Shown: positions 10,401-22,359 of the stretch, piece by piece
Numbering within the stretch: the first letter of the stretch is position 1
Layout of the letters: every line of letters starts with the position of its first letter
NCBI RefSeq assembly: GCF_018350175.1
Contig: NC_058381.1
Coordinates: forward strand, 41,106,001-41,170,000
DNA length: 64,000 bases
Direction of reading: 5' to 3'
Source: Felis catus
Lineage: Eukaryota
Notes under the pieces: model-generated
Seen by the model: only the letters and a program-made list of their open reading frames with translations
What the model was told of the DNA's origin: nothing
Databases searched by the model: none
Program-made: the position numbers and the translations under genes

Positions 10401-13400
10401 AGTAGAAGGCCTTTGAGCTCGGCAGTAATTCATTTAGCAATACACACATTTTGAATTGGGTGTTTTAAAGGCCTTGCTGCACTGTTTGCATCTTCCCCCA
10501 AAACTTTTCTCTAAAATATCTAGACCCATGAGCCCTTCCCTTTCCTGACTCTCCTGGTCCTCTCTAAAGGAGCAGTGGGATGGGAATGGGAAAACCTTTG
10601 CTGATTCTGTGAAAAAAAAAAAACAAAAACAAAAACAAAAATAAAACAAAACAAAAAAAAAACCAGGCAGTGCTCGATCTTCCTGAAGGCTGGAGAGCCT
10701 CTTTTGCTGGCCTCCAGGAGCCTCTGGTTCCTTTGGACTGCTCATCTGTTCACAGTCAATGGTGGAGCTGCCTGGAAGGGCTGGCTGGGAGTGTGTTCCA
10801 TGATAGTGAGGAGCCCAGCCCTCTCCCAGTAACACAACCTCCAGCAATACTGCTCTTCTAAGTGCCTTCCTAGTTGAGCACCCAATGCCATGGTCATTGT
10901 CAGAACGGTCCTCATTTGTAGCCATTCCCCAGGGGTGTTGGACATCCACACCAGATGGACTGTGATTTGGCCTCCCGAGTCTCTGGCCCCTCAGCTCCCT
11001 CAGGGGTTCAGCTTCCCATGGCTTCCTAAATAATGATGACATTTTATCAGGCACATGGGCAGTCTAGTTCTCCACAGCCAGATTTAGATCGGGTTAGAAT
11101 TATCTAACCTAAAGATTTCAAACCTTTTTTTTTTTTTTTCTTAATCCAGCCTGGAAGTTCTTCTAGAACTTCCCCTTTTTGCTTGGCTGTGAAAACCCAT
11201 TTGCCCCATGGAGGCCATTATTCCAGCCTGCTAAAAGCAGCAACCCCTCTCCCTGGGGAGCACTCAGTCCAGTTGCAAAGCAGGGCCAGGCTAGTTGATT
11301 GTCTGGGAAATCTTTAAAGGCTGTAACCATTCAGCAGGGGTCAGTCGCCCCTCTCCCTATTGTGTCATCTCACCAGGTGTATTCATCCCACCCATCCATC
11401 CCCACACCCACGCACCCGCCCATCCATCTGTTCATTCATCCTGCCCATCCATCCATCTGTTCATTCTTTTATCCCACCCATTCATTCATTCACCCTCTAT
11501 GTGTCAAGCACTCTGTTTGGTATACAGAAACTGCGAGAAGAAAAACATAGTCCTTGCCCTGAAGGAACTCCCAGACAAATTGGGGAAACAGTCTGGGTGA
11601 CAGGTGGTGTCACTGAGGTGTGCCCAGGATGCTGTGGGAACACAGAAAGAGGGCACCTGACAGGTGCTGGGGTGGGAGTGGAGAAGAGGAGACCAGGAAA
11701 TGATTCCCTGAGGAAATTTGTTGCTAAGCTTAGTCTGGTCAAGCAGGAGTCTCTTTGGGAGGATGATGGGAATGCAGACCCATCGGTGTGTATAGTTATC
11801 TTAAAGACACGGGCCTGCGGACCCGTCACATTTGGGGGATAAGCAAGTTTATAGCTTGGCTGGAGCTTGGGGCCAGGAGTTGGAGACCAGTGAGAGGTGA
11901 GCCTGGAAGTTGCAGAAACAAGCCGCAGTAAAGTGTTTGGATAACAAGGAGCCGTCAGGGGACCGTGAAGCCGGAAGTGTCACAACACATGTGCGTGGCT
12001 CTAATGGGGGTGTTATGGGAGGTAGTGGATTGGGGAGGGGTCACAGTCTGGAGGGATGGAGACCAGCTAGTCTGATAGGAGTCGTGAAACAATTGGGAAG
12101 CCTCCAGTGAAGTGAGGCGTTTGCAGGGAGTTGGAAAGGGAGGGACCAATAATGAGATTAAGGAAGAAAGAGCTACAGGTCCCAGGGCCTTAATGAGTGT
12201 AGGCAGTGAGAGTGAGTGAGGATTCAAGATGGACTTCCAGGCTTGGGTGCCTGGGGCCCTAGTGGTGACACTCCATCAAACGTGGGACATGGAGTAGAAG
12301 TCGTGGTGGGGTCAGAGGAGAGCAGTTAATCAATCTGGGTGGCACTAGGAAGAGATATGGCATGGCCAGTTGGAAATGGGCAACACGGAGATGAAGGCGT
12401 CCATTTGGGAGTCCTAGGGGCGGCCGTCAAAGCCCTGAGTGGCAGCGCTGCAGGCAGGGTGTAAGAGCTGAGGCTGACCCTCCAGCATTTAGGGAAGAAC
12501 CAAGGAACACCCAGGGGGTAGGAGGAAAACTGAGGGGAGGCGAGTGTCTTGAGAGGGAGGCGGAAAAGGCGACGGTGGCAGAGACTGCAGAGGTTCAGTC
12601 AGGACACAGAAGGTCTGTTAGACCTCACAACTGGGAGGCAAGGGAGGGGGTGCCAGGAAGGTCAGGTGTGTGGGGCAGAGAGGGTGGAGGGCAGGGCGCA
12701 GGAGAGGAGTAGTGGATGGGCCCTGCAGGTGGAGTGGAGTGTAGACAGGGAGTCTACAGCGATTGCTCCTCAGTCACCGCTGACTCATGAGGCAGTGATA
12801 GGCTCCTAAGTGCCTGGCTGATGTCTCACTAAATCCTCACCTCGGCATCATTGTCCCTCATTGTATAGAAATGAAAACTTGCCCATGGTCTAGAAGAGAG
12901 GCTTTCTCCACGTTCTCCATTCTTGTGGGAAGAACTCCGGGTAGAGTAAAACTGCTGACAAGAGGCTGGCTCTGAGGAAGCCCGGCAGTCCCTACTTTCG
13001 TAGAGCTCTTAGGAGCAGACACCAGTGCCCCTCGGAGCCAGGACTCTTCCTTCCTCTGAGCATGGGTTCTGGGTGATGGCCAACAGTGGTGGGAGAGCTC
13101 TTAGCGGCGCTGTTGGGATTGAGGTAACTAGGATTATCTTAGTTTTCAGAGTAACTAAGAGGCTTGAAGAACCTACTGCAGAAGAAAAGCCCAGAAATAC
13201 TCAGAGTGTAGATGGTCAGAGGTGAGGGAAACTGAGGTGGTCGCCCAAAGGTGGTGTGTTGGAGCTGGCCTCTCTCCCCACTGACCACACCCCTGAGGGC
13301 CTGGGCTGTTAGCACTTTACCGGCCAGCTCCTCCTCTCGTCCTGCAATTTCCCAAGACGTTTCTGGTGTCCTTTGGGAGTGGAGTCATGTGAGTCTTGAA

Positions 13401-16400
13401 AGAAACTGGTAAAAAATAGACTCTGACCTGAAGGCAAGGGGAGGCCCTGTGCTTCTGGGGTTCTAGGCTGAGCTGTGTGGGAGGAGCATGGGAAGAGCCC
13501 GCCTCCTGCTCTCTGGCGGCTGCCGATGGCTCCACCTGGCCGCAGGAGAGGCCTGAAGTATGCCTGATGCTTCTAGAGCATACCAGTAATTCTTCCCTGG
13601 CTGTGCTTGGAGCGGACCTACAAATGAACTCCTGAAAGCTTGTTCTACCCCTACCCCTTTACTCTGGAAACAGTTTTTATTTATTTGTTTGTTTGTTTGT
13701 TTGTTTGTTTATTTTTAACATTTATTTATTTTTGAGAGAGAGAGACGGAGCATGAGTGGGGTCGGGGCAGAGAGAGAGAGACACACACACACACAGAATA
13801 CGAAGCAGGCTCCAGGCTCTGAGCTGTCAGCACAGAGCCCGACTCAGGGCCCAAACTCAAGAAACGTGAGATCATGACCTGAGCTGAAGTCGGACGCTCA
13901 ATCGACTGAGCCACCCAGGTGCCCCACTCTGGAAACAATTTTTGATGTTGAAAGGAAAGCTGGGAGAAAGGGAGCGTGAGAAAAACAAATACGAAAAAAC
14001 AATAGATGTTATGTTTGGTCTCAGTCAACTGTAGGATTTTGTGAAACTTTTGCCAGAATTTCCCTGTGTAATCTTTTCAGAAGTGACAAAAGAAGAAGGA
14101 GGTTATCTTGTTCCCAGTAGGTTATCGGAATAATGAGTGAAGTGGCTGTGGAGGCTTAGTCTTGCCTCAGCAGCTCCTGGCCTGTTGGCCGGTGGCTGAC
14201 GTGTAGCCTGGGAAGAGGCCGTTCTGCTCTCATGGCTCAGTTAGAATGAAGCACTTCACTCGGGCGCCATAAAGAGGAAGTTGGCTGGAGCAGGCCCAGC
14301 AGGAGGGCCCTAAGAGTCCTGGGTCCAGACAGTCCATTTCTCTGAGTGCTCTTAACTCGGCATACATTCCACCCTTGGGCTTATAGCCTAGCGAGGTAAA
14401 GAGAAGAATCTCATTAAGATGTAGGTCATTAAAATGTAGCGTATTAAGGGAAATGGGGTATCCAGTTGGGGAGCTAAGCCAGGCAGGATTTCTGGGGACG
14501 GCGGAAGACACCACCTGAATTCAACGCTGGGATTCCTGTTCCGTGTAACTGTTAGTGCTCGGGCCCAGGCCCAAAGTGCCAGGTGACCATCACGTCCTTT
14601 CTGCACATCCCCTCCCAGCCTTATATCTTCTCTCTGGTTTTTNNNNNNNNNNNNNNNNNNNNNNNNNNNNNNNNNNNNNNNNNNNNNNNNNNNNNNNNNN
14701 NNNNNNNNNNNNNNNNNNNNNNNNNNNNNNNNNNNNNNNNNNNNNNNNNNNNNNNNNNNNNNNNNNNNNNNNNNNNNNNNNNTTTCTCCCAGATTGAAAA
14801 TTAGGTTTTCCCCTTCTCTGGGCACTCTCTCGGATGTGGAGCTTAAGTAGAGTGGAAATAACATAAAGGCGCTGGAATTATTCAGACTCCTGAGTCCCAG
14901 GAGAAAGATGTCCAGATGGGAGGACCAGCACTTTTGCCAGACTTAGCTATGCACGGTGGTCCTGCCCAGGTTGCAGGAAGCCATGATGCCGCAGACACTT
15001 CAGGAGAGGGATGACGGAGCAGAATGCAAGGCCCGCAGCACCTCTTGCCAAACTGAACCGGATGTCCTATCTCTCCCCATTCCCCAGAGCTGTCTGAGGT
15101 GCTTTGGACCATGGTGATCCACATCGGCCTCAGCGTGAAGAGCTTGGCAGGAGGTTTGGCGCTGTTCTTCATTTTCGCCGCCTTTGCCACCCTGACCGTG
15201 GCCATCCTCCTGATCATGGAGGGCCTCTCGGCCTTCCTCCACGCGCTGCGGTTACACTGGTGAGGAACAGCGAGTTCGGGGGCTGCGGACGTGTCCTTGG
15301 CTGCACTGAGGGTGGCGTTACTCTTGTACAGAATCCAGAGACGCTAGGAAGTGTCTGCTTTCATTCACATCATTCTGCCCGATGACCTATGTCAGGAGTG
15401 AGCATCAGGAAGTGTCCCCACAAAAGCACAGCTCACCTTTCAGAGCCCCCCAAGGGACAGTTCTCTGGTGGATGTTGTCAGATTCCTTCTCCCTTTAGCA
15501 TTCTTCACTGCTCTTGAGTATGGCTTAAAAGACTGAGGTTGTTGGTTGGTTTGGTTGTGTGTTGTTGTTTTTTTCCCCTTTGGCATAAACTTTCTCCTGT
15601 CTTCAGAGCGATGCAAGCAACTCTGGAGTAGATTCGCAGTCCAGGAAAGTGCTAGAGCACACTGTACCCCAGTTTTGTCCCCCTCATTCTGTCATTGTGC
15701 CAGTGTCTTTGGGGCAGACCCCTAGCAGTTGACATAGGTAGGGGGATTCCTGGTTCCATAATGTGGAGCTCAGTTCACTGAAGCAGCACCTTCACAAGGG
15801 CAGGTTTGGGATTTGTTTGTTTTCTTTAATGTAGTTTGTGGCTCTTAATGGCTCTGCACAGAGAGAGCCAGCTCAGCCCCAGGGAGTAGGAGAGCTGGCG
15901 TCTGGTCCAGGCAGTGACCCTGTGACCTCAAGTTAGCGTTGCCAGATTTAGTGAATAAAATTCCAGGACACCCAGTTAAATTTGAATTTCAGATACACAA
16001 TGAATTTGCATTGGGACATGGATATGGGACATATTCGTGCTAAAAACTAGGCATCCAGTACTTTATCTGGCTTCCCTACCTTAAGCTCTGGAAGCTCTGG
16101 ACCCTCTCCCTAGAAAAACATCCCTCACAGCAGTTTTACCCGTTTAGGGGGTCACATACTCACTGGCCCTACATTAGGACCCGTAGACGAGACGGTCTGT
16201 GTGGTGCTAGTGATCTCAAGCTCAGACAGGGCGTGGAAGGTTTCGTGACATCAGTTTTCTAAACCTGAACCCAAGGATAGTCTTCCCCAACCCCCTTTTC
16301 TTTGACTTTTCTCCTGACTTGGTTATGCTGAGCCCCCTAAAAAATTCCCGTTTGCTGTTGTAAATGACAGAGGGGACTGGGAGGCATGTAAGGACAGGCC

Positions 16401-19400
16401 GTAGCTGGGACTTACCCTTCCCTCAAAAGCTCCTTTTAAAGAACCCGTCCTGCTACGTCGGTCAATATTCTTTCTCTGGCTGGCTTTCCTCCTCCTTGCC
16501 GCCCTCCTCCCCACCCAGCTGTTGTTTATTTACTGTCCGACCAGGAGGTTAGGAGCGCTGTGTGGCTCAGGCTGCTGGCACGCTACCCTGTTCTCAGCTT
16601 ATCAGCGTTCTCTCCCCAGCACACTTCCTCAGCTGCTCGGTATGAGGGAATGTCTGTGTAACCAGCCTGTGGTGACTCACTGTTTCTTCCTTCCTTTCCC
16701 GGTCACTTCTCTGTCTCCTGAGCCCTGGGCTTGAGGGGCCAGTCACTACCCCGCCTGAATTCCAGCCCAAGCGGGGAGCCTGTTGCCTCCTCCCTGGGCG
16801 GGCTGGGGAGCAGTCAAGGTGCTGGGTCAGAACCGTCTAAGCAGCGAGCTGAGCATACCCCAGGGCGAGGAAGGTCACCTGGGCTTGGGGCTACTTTCCA
16901 GAGTGAGCTGAGGCAGCGTGGGAGGTCATGTTTTGTTGCCAGAAGGATTATTTCTTCCTCGGGCTCACCTGTGGCCTTCAGGTGAAGGTGTCTTCTCATG
17001 TCCTCACCAGTGAGCCCAAAGACCTGATGAGTGACAAGAGAGCAGACTTCATTCAGAATTAGGCGCCACTGGGTTTGAATTCCAGCTCTGCCGGATCTGG
17101 CTGGGTGACCCTGAGGAGAGCACTTACCTCCCTGAACCTCAGTTTCTCTCATATGCAGAGAGGAGGGTATTCATGTAACATGGTTGCCCTGATAATTATG
17201 AAATTAATGCATATACCAAGCGACTGTCACTGTGCCCAGACACATCGTAAACTGGTGTTCAAGTGCGGGTCACAGCCACCCTGCTTAAAAGTGGGGTGCC
17301 CTGTGGGGAGGGCATCTTGGCTGTGGTCCCTTCTAAAGAAACTGCATTAAGTCTGTTGAGAGAGAGGGGACACCCCAGGGGGAGGCACATCTGAATGCCT
17401 GTAGTTTTCAAGAACAGGCTCATCAACAAACTTGTAGGTTTGTTTGTTTGGGTAGTGGAAGGATCGCATAGAGGAGGAAAAAAACCAAACAGCAAAACTC
17501 CTTTATAGAGCTTTCAGAATCCCATCGTTGGAGGCTTATTTGGAGAATCGCCCTCAGTGAAAGGGGGTGAGTGACCCGGGTGCTCATGCTCCCCCTTCTG
17601 GCCGAATGAGGATGTGCTGCAAGGATTCCCAGGTCTTCTAGTCCACCAGGACTGCAGGAATTCTGAGTTGTGGCCATCTTGTGAGACGGGACAGCTGGTC
17701 CTGCTGCAAGTGGCTGCAGGGACATTGCTGCTATTTTTCCTGGTGTCTGGCCTGGGCATCTTCCAGCCTGTCACTTTACTCCTGGTTGTCAGCTGGGGTT
17801 TCCTGATTCTGATGTAAGGGCTACCCATCTTACAGGTTTGGATGTCTTCAGTGAGGACAAGAAAAACAACATCTGCTTTGGTAACAAACAGAATCTCACT
17901 AGTGAGATTCATGTAAGGTCCTTAGGTGGTGGGTGATATATTTGAAAACATTAGTGAACAGGTTACTTTACCAACCTAATTCTGTTGCCTTCTGTGTTAC
18001 ACATCTATTTTTGCCTACTATATATAATTAGCTGTCTTTTCTTTCTCAGAAAAGGCAAAGGTAGGGAATATGATTTGTAGTTGCAACTGTGGACACCAAA
18101 CTGACTTTAGTAGAAAGACTGTTGCTCCATGGCCTACCTTCAGGAACCTAATCCCTTCTTATCTAGCAAATTCCACATATGTATAGATGTGCACACTTGC
18201 ACACTCACAGATTGGTTGAAGGCCAAAGGAAAATGGGGACCAAATTGCTGTAAGGAATGTAATGGGGCCACAGCAGGACACCATGGGATGGTTGCAGGAA
18301 TGGCTGGCCCAGGAGAAGTAGGAACGCCTGAAGTAGAGTTCTGGCTGCCATTATTGCCTTGACATTTGGGCCATCAGACAGATATGTGGGCCAGGCCCTG
18401 GACTACTCAGAGAGTGGCAGAAAGGGCCAGTGAAGCGGCTCAGCCCAGAATCCTCTTTCTAAAACTGCTTCCTTTCAGCCACAACCCTGCCAGGAAAGGG
18501 AGGAGGCCCAGGACTCCTTTCTCCTTCCCTCACTCAAGGAAACAAGGTTTCCTGTTACATAGCAGGAATGAATGCTCTGTGGACTCCCACTTACCCTTCT
18601 GGGTCACTGGGTGGCCTTTGCCAGGTCCTGGAGCTGGAAGGGGTGACACAGAAACCCATCCGACTTCCTGAGGCCCTCCTCCCAACTGTGGAATTCTAGA
18701 GGTACGTTTCAGTGACTTGGGGCCCTGGAGGCTCCCTGAGTAATATAACAGACCCTTAAAATAGGAGGGACCTGCAGGACAGCCAGCAGGGCCCTGTGGG
18801 CCCCAGTGCAAAGAACTTTGTGTTTGTACTTTCTCAGGAAGCACACATTTCCCTGGTTGGGAGGGAGAAGAGGGCGGGGAGCCCGACAGGGAGATTGCTT
18901 TCCAACTTTGTTCTGGGAGGATGGGTGAGCGAGGCTGAGCAGGGAGGTGACGTCAAGCTGACCCCGAGATGCCCAAGATGGCCCTGGACACGTGCCCCCT
19001 TCCTACCCACTGGGCCCCATGGATACATGAGGCGCACAGAGGAATGGCAAGAGAAGGATGGTGATCCCATGGGCATCTGAAAATTTTTGACGCTTCTACT
19101 TCATTCGGCCAGTTTGGAATTTGAATTGTTTGTGTGATTAGCCAGCCAGGGGATCTCCTCATAGACCCTAAGGTGACTTACCCACCATCTGGCTACATAT
19201 TGTTGAATGCAAATGGGATGTGAGGCTGTTTTTAGCTGTTCAGAAATGCCCTTCCCATATGCAAACAGCCTACCCAGCACGAAGCATTTGAAGCATTCGG
19301 GCCCAGCAGCAGCGGGTGAGAAGTGGGAACCGACCTAATTCCCACACCAGAGGCCTGAGTAGCTGTAGCCTGTAGGACTTCTCTGGGTGTTAGGATATGG

Positions 19401-20848
19401 GGACGAGTCCAGATCCTGGTTTGGAATCGCTCTTGCCGGGAATCCTGGGACTGACTTCAGTTTGAAGCCCCCTCCCCCAGATCCTTTTTCCCTGAGGGGC
19501 TTGGCCCAGGGAACTCTCCAGAGTCCAGGAGGCTTGGGAACCTGGGCCCAGCCTGTGGAATGTGGGGCTGGGAGGAGAAGGCTGCCTGTTCTTACACCCA
19601 CGCAGAAAATTCTATTCACCTCTTGTCCCAGGGGGTGGAGCTGGCAGCTCCAGTGTTCTCAGCCAGCACCCCAGGGCTGACGGGGCCTCTGAGGACCTCT
19701 GCTGCAGACAGCCCTTCCAACGTGCAGGCACCCCACCCCTACCCCCACCCCTGGTTTGGAGGCAGGATGAAGCCCTGCCCTGCACCAGAGCCCTTGCCTG
19801 AAGCCCGCCCCCGCCCCCAGCTCTGCCTGTCCTTGTGGGGGCTCTGGTGCCCCCAGGGGCACACTGCACTGAGTGGAAACTATTCCTCAGGGCAGCTCTC
19901 CTTGGCTTTTTTGTCCTCTGAATCATGCATTTTTCTGCCCATATTTGGTGGTGATTTGGTTGCTGGGCAGCCATCCAGGGAGTGTGCAGGGGGAAGCACG
20001 GGCTGAGCCTGGCTCTGCTGCCGGGAGCGCGGTCTTCCTGCCCCTCAGAGTTTGAAGGGGCCCCAGGGAGACCATTGGGGATGGATCCTGAGCTGCCTGG
20101 GAAGGGAGGTGAAGCTCTGCTTTTCCTTTCAGCCCCTGGGAGAAGAATTCGTTCTCAGATGTTTTTGTAGTTGGAGAATATTTTGGCCATTGCTTGGAGA
20201 AGACTTCCCCTCCTGATCCTCCCCCCCACTTTCCTGGGAATTTCCTCCTCTAAAGCGCCCATCGCCCAGCGTTTACTCGCAACCCTCCCTTCTCCTTCCT
20301 CCAGCAAGAAAAGAAACAAACAAGGGTGCCTGCCAGAGCTCCTGCCGCCCAGGGGCTTCTCAGAGAGGTCTACTGGGAGCCCCTGCCAAGGAGGGGGGTG
20401 TTTAGGGGACACTTCTTCGTTGTCGTTAGAGACCCAAGCCAATCATTTAGCACATGGCTAGACAGAGTTTTGCAGAAACACTCTTGCTCAGTAGGACAGA
20501 GTGAGAATTGAGGACAAACCAGTGTGGAGATGTTCTGCACTCTCACCCAGGGCAGGTTTGGGGCAGGCCCTGGCTGCAGAAGTGGGGCCTGTGTGCACGG
20601 TGGGAAGCGGGTGGGGGCCGGGGCTTGGTGGGCGGCCGAAGGCTGAGCTCAGCTAGGAAAATGAGGGGAGGAGCATCAGAGCATCTTTCTAGCCCAACTG
20701 TGAAATCCCAAAAGGATTTTGTGGAATGACGACTTTCTTTTTCCCTTTCCCCAGGGTCGAGTTCCAGAATAAATTCTACAGCGGAACCGGTTTCAAGTTC
20801 CTACCCTTCTCCTTTGAGCACATTCGGGAAGGGAAGTTTGACGAGTGA
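1970..20848 (+). CDS. ATP6V0A1: V-type proton ATPase V0 subunit a1, 3' part (5' exons lie upstream of the window)
   Basis: Visible exons with AG/GT boundaries: 1970-2088 ([39 protein letters not shown]), 3028-3244 ([19 protein letters not shown]...), 3782-3889 ([36 protein letters not shown]), an exon ending at 8713 (rest in N-gap), microexon 9700-9717, one exon presumed in gap 14643-14782, 15088-15259 ([13 protein letters not shown]...[14 protein letters not shown]), 20755-20848 ([30 protein letters not shown]). Confidence 0.97.
2236..2451 (-). mobile_element. CAN-SINE
   Basis: Reverse head CCAGGTGCCCC ending at 2451. 15-bp TSD AAAATCTCATATTCT at 2221-2235 and 2453-2467. Confidence 0.93.
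3304..3514 (-). mobile_element. CAN-SINE
   Basis: 14-bp TSD AGGAAGCCAGATAT at 3290-3303 and 3515-3528. Confidence 0.92.
4419..4462. repeat. (CA)22 microsatellite
   Basis: Perfect CA run read directly from the sequence. Confidence 0.95.
4726..4800 (+). CDS. ATP6V0A1: Alternative 75-nt in-frame cassette exon of ATP6V0A1 ([25 protein letters not shown])
   Basis: About 120 nt of AG-free pyrimidine tract ending in ATCAG, 25 open codons in phase 0, then a consensus GTGAGT donor at 4801. Confidence 0.8.
6740..7310 (-). mobile_element. Old L1 (L1M-type) fragment interrupted by a 5'-truncated CAN-SINE (about 6920-7050)
   Basis: Antisense L1-like text (tattccatag...gttggttgttccca...gaacatccttgt). 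SINE piece flanked by duplicated TGTTTCACTCTTTTT. Confidence 0.65.
8550..8705. other. Assembly gap (156 N) covering most of an ATP6V0A1 exon
   Basis: N run. TACTAAC branch point and pyrimidines upstream; CAGAAGAG|gtaaga donor downstream. Confidence 0.95.
9700..9717 (+). CDS. ATP6V0A1: 18-nt microexon of ATP6V0A1 (PTEDEV)
   Basis: ttttcaag|CCTACCGAGGACGAAGTG|gtaaga. Phase 0/0. Matches the known a1 segment ...DAEE-PTEDEV-FDFG.... Confidence 0.92.
11480..12450 (-). mobile_element. Degraded L2 LINE fragment(s)
   Basis: ttcattcattca... atgtgtcaagcactctg... atagtccttgccctgaaggaactc resembles an antisense L2 3' end. Boundaries approximate. Confidence 0.55.
13673..13925 (-). mobile_element. CAN-SINE with (TTTG)n tail
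   Basis: 12-bp TSD ACTCTGGAAACA at 13661-13672 and 13926-13937. Confidence 0.92.
14643..14782. other. Assembly gap (140 N) at the expected position of an ATP6V0A1 exon
   Basis: N run preceded by a pyrimidine tract. Exon phase arithmetic requires a missing exon between 9717 and 15088. Confidence 0.9.
15934..16078. mobile_element. MER53-like hAT MITE
   Basis: Degenerate TIRs (tagcgttgccaga / tctggcttcccta) and internal cccagttaaatttgaatttcagat typical of MER53. Confidence 0.65.
17060..17230 (+). mobile_element. MIR SINE
   Basis: ctgggtttgaattccagctctgcc...cacttacctccctgaacctcagtttct core. Confidence 0.7.
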
Positions 20849-22353
20849 GCCCCATGGAGGGCTGTGTACCACAGGCCACCCCCCCCCTCCCGCCCCCCGT
20901 CCCTCCACAGCTGTTAGCTCTGCTCCTCTCGCCTGTCGGTTGTGATCCCTGGGTATCGGGGCATTTGTGTCATCCCAGCCACCCTCCCATCTGTGAGTCA
21001 TTTAGATAGATCCAGCCCTCCCTGGGTCCCCCACCGCCACCAACTTCCTGTGTAGTATAGTGATTTTCTAGAGAGAAGCTGGGCTCTGGCTGTCACTCAC
21101 ACCTACTGGGCACCGGCCTCGCCCTCCCAGCCTCTGTCCAGCCAAAGACAGCCTCTCCTCTGTCCCCTGGTGGTGAGCAAGTTTGCATTTTACGTGTGAG
21201 CCCAAAGCCCATGGAAGAAGCACCTTTCACATCCACACTCAGACTTTGAGCCTCCTGTTCCTGCCACTCTAGTCACTGGTTGGGGATAGGGGTGCTCTTG
21301 AACATACCCCACTCTTGGGTTAGCAGGGGCGGGTCCAGGAAGAGGGCACTTCTGTTCTCTGCCTATCCCTCTGGCCTTCAGAGCAGTTGTTAATCGGGAA
21401 TTTAGCTGGACCCAGCTGTGCCGTCGTGCATGGCTTCTCCCTGTCACTCCCAAGAGTCCCAGGGTATACCCAACACTACCTCCCTAACCCGCACCCTCTC
21501 CTCTTCCTTCCCAGAATCCCCTCCTTCCCCCTGCTCCTGTTTGTACCCGGTGTGACAGCACAGCAGGGAGTGACCCAAACAGAGGTCCTGGCTGCCTGCT
21601 GTGGTTGGCTGCTGCTTCTCAGGCCATGTGCGGGCCCTGCCACAAGCATGCCCTCCAGGCACACGGTTCAGACAGAGGCTATTTCTGGGTGCAGACCCCA
21701 CAACCTTTCCCCACCCCTAATCGTGAGTCTCGAGGGCAAGACCGTAGTCATCAGAGGTGGTTCTGCCTACAGACCTGCCTTGCTCTGCCCTCCACTGCCC
21801 CTCCCCACTTCCACTGGGGTCCCAAGTCAAGGGAGTGGGGTCCTGGGCAGGGAAGGTCGGTGCCATTTACAGTTTGCTGATTGGAGGCGACCGCCAGGGC
21901 CACAGTACACCTGGTTGTGAGAGCCCTGCCCTGTGGGCCGATGGTGAGCACCCCCAAGGGCCACCTCTCCTGTCCCCCCCCCATGCCAGGCTGTGGCTCT
22001 CAGGGCCTTGTAATCATGTGTTGGCACAGCAGCCCGGGCTGCTTCAGCCAAATCGAACCCCATGGCCCTCAGTGGTCGAAATAATCCCCTGAATTGGCCA
22101 GGCCCCTGCCCTCCTCCTACCCTGGCTTTTCTGAGTTACTTAGCGCTGCTCACGACTCTCCTGGGCATGGGTCACCCACCCCCGCTTCACCATGTGCTGG
22201 CCAGTGTGACCTGCCCCGACTTTGTGCAGATTCCCTCCCCTCCGGGCTGGTGGTTTACATGATGCCCTTTGCTCTGTTTACAGCAGGGTTTGCCTCAGAG
22301 CTCTTTGTCCGGAACCCTGCCGGAGGCCCTTCTGTTCACACGTTCCCGTGCTG

Positions 22354-22359
22354 AATAAA
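22354..22359 (+). terminator. ATP6V0A1: ATP6V0A1 polyadenylation signal
   Basis: AATAAA about 1.5 kb after the stop codon, followed by GT-rich gtgtgtttg. Confidence 0.75.
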
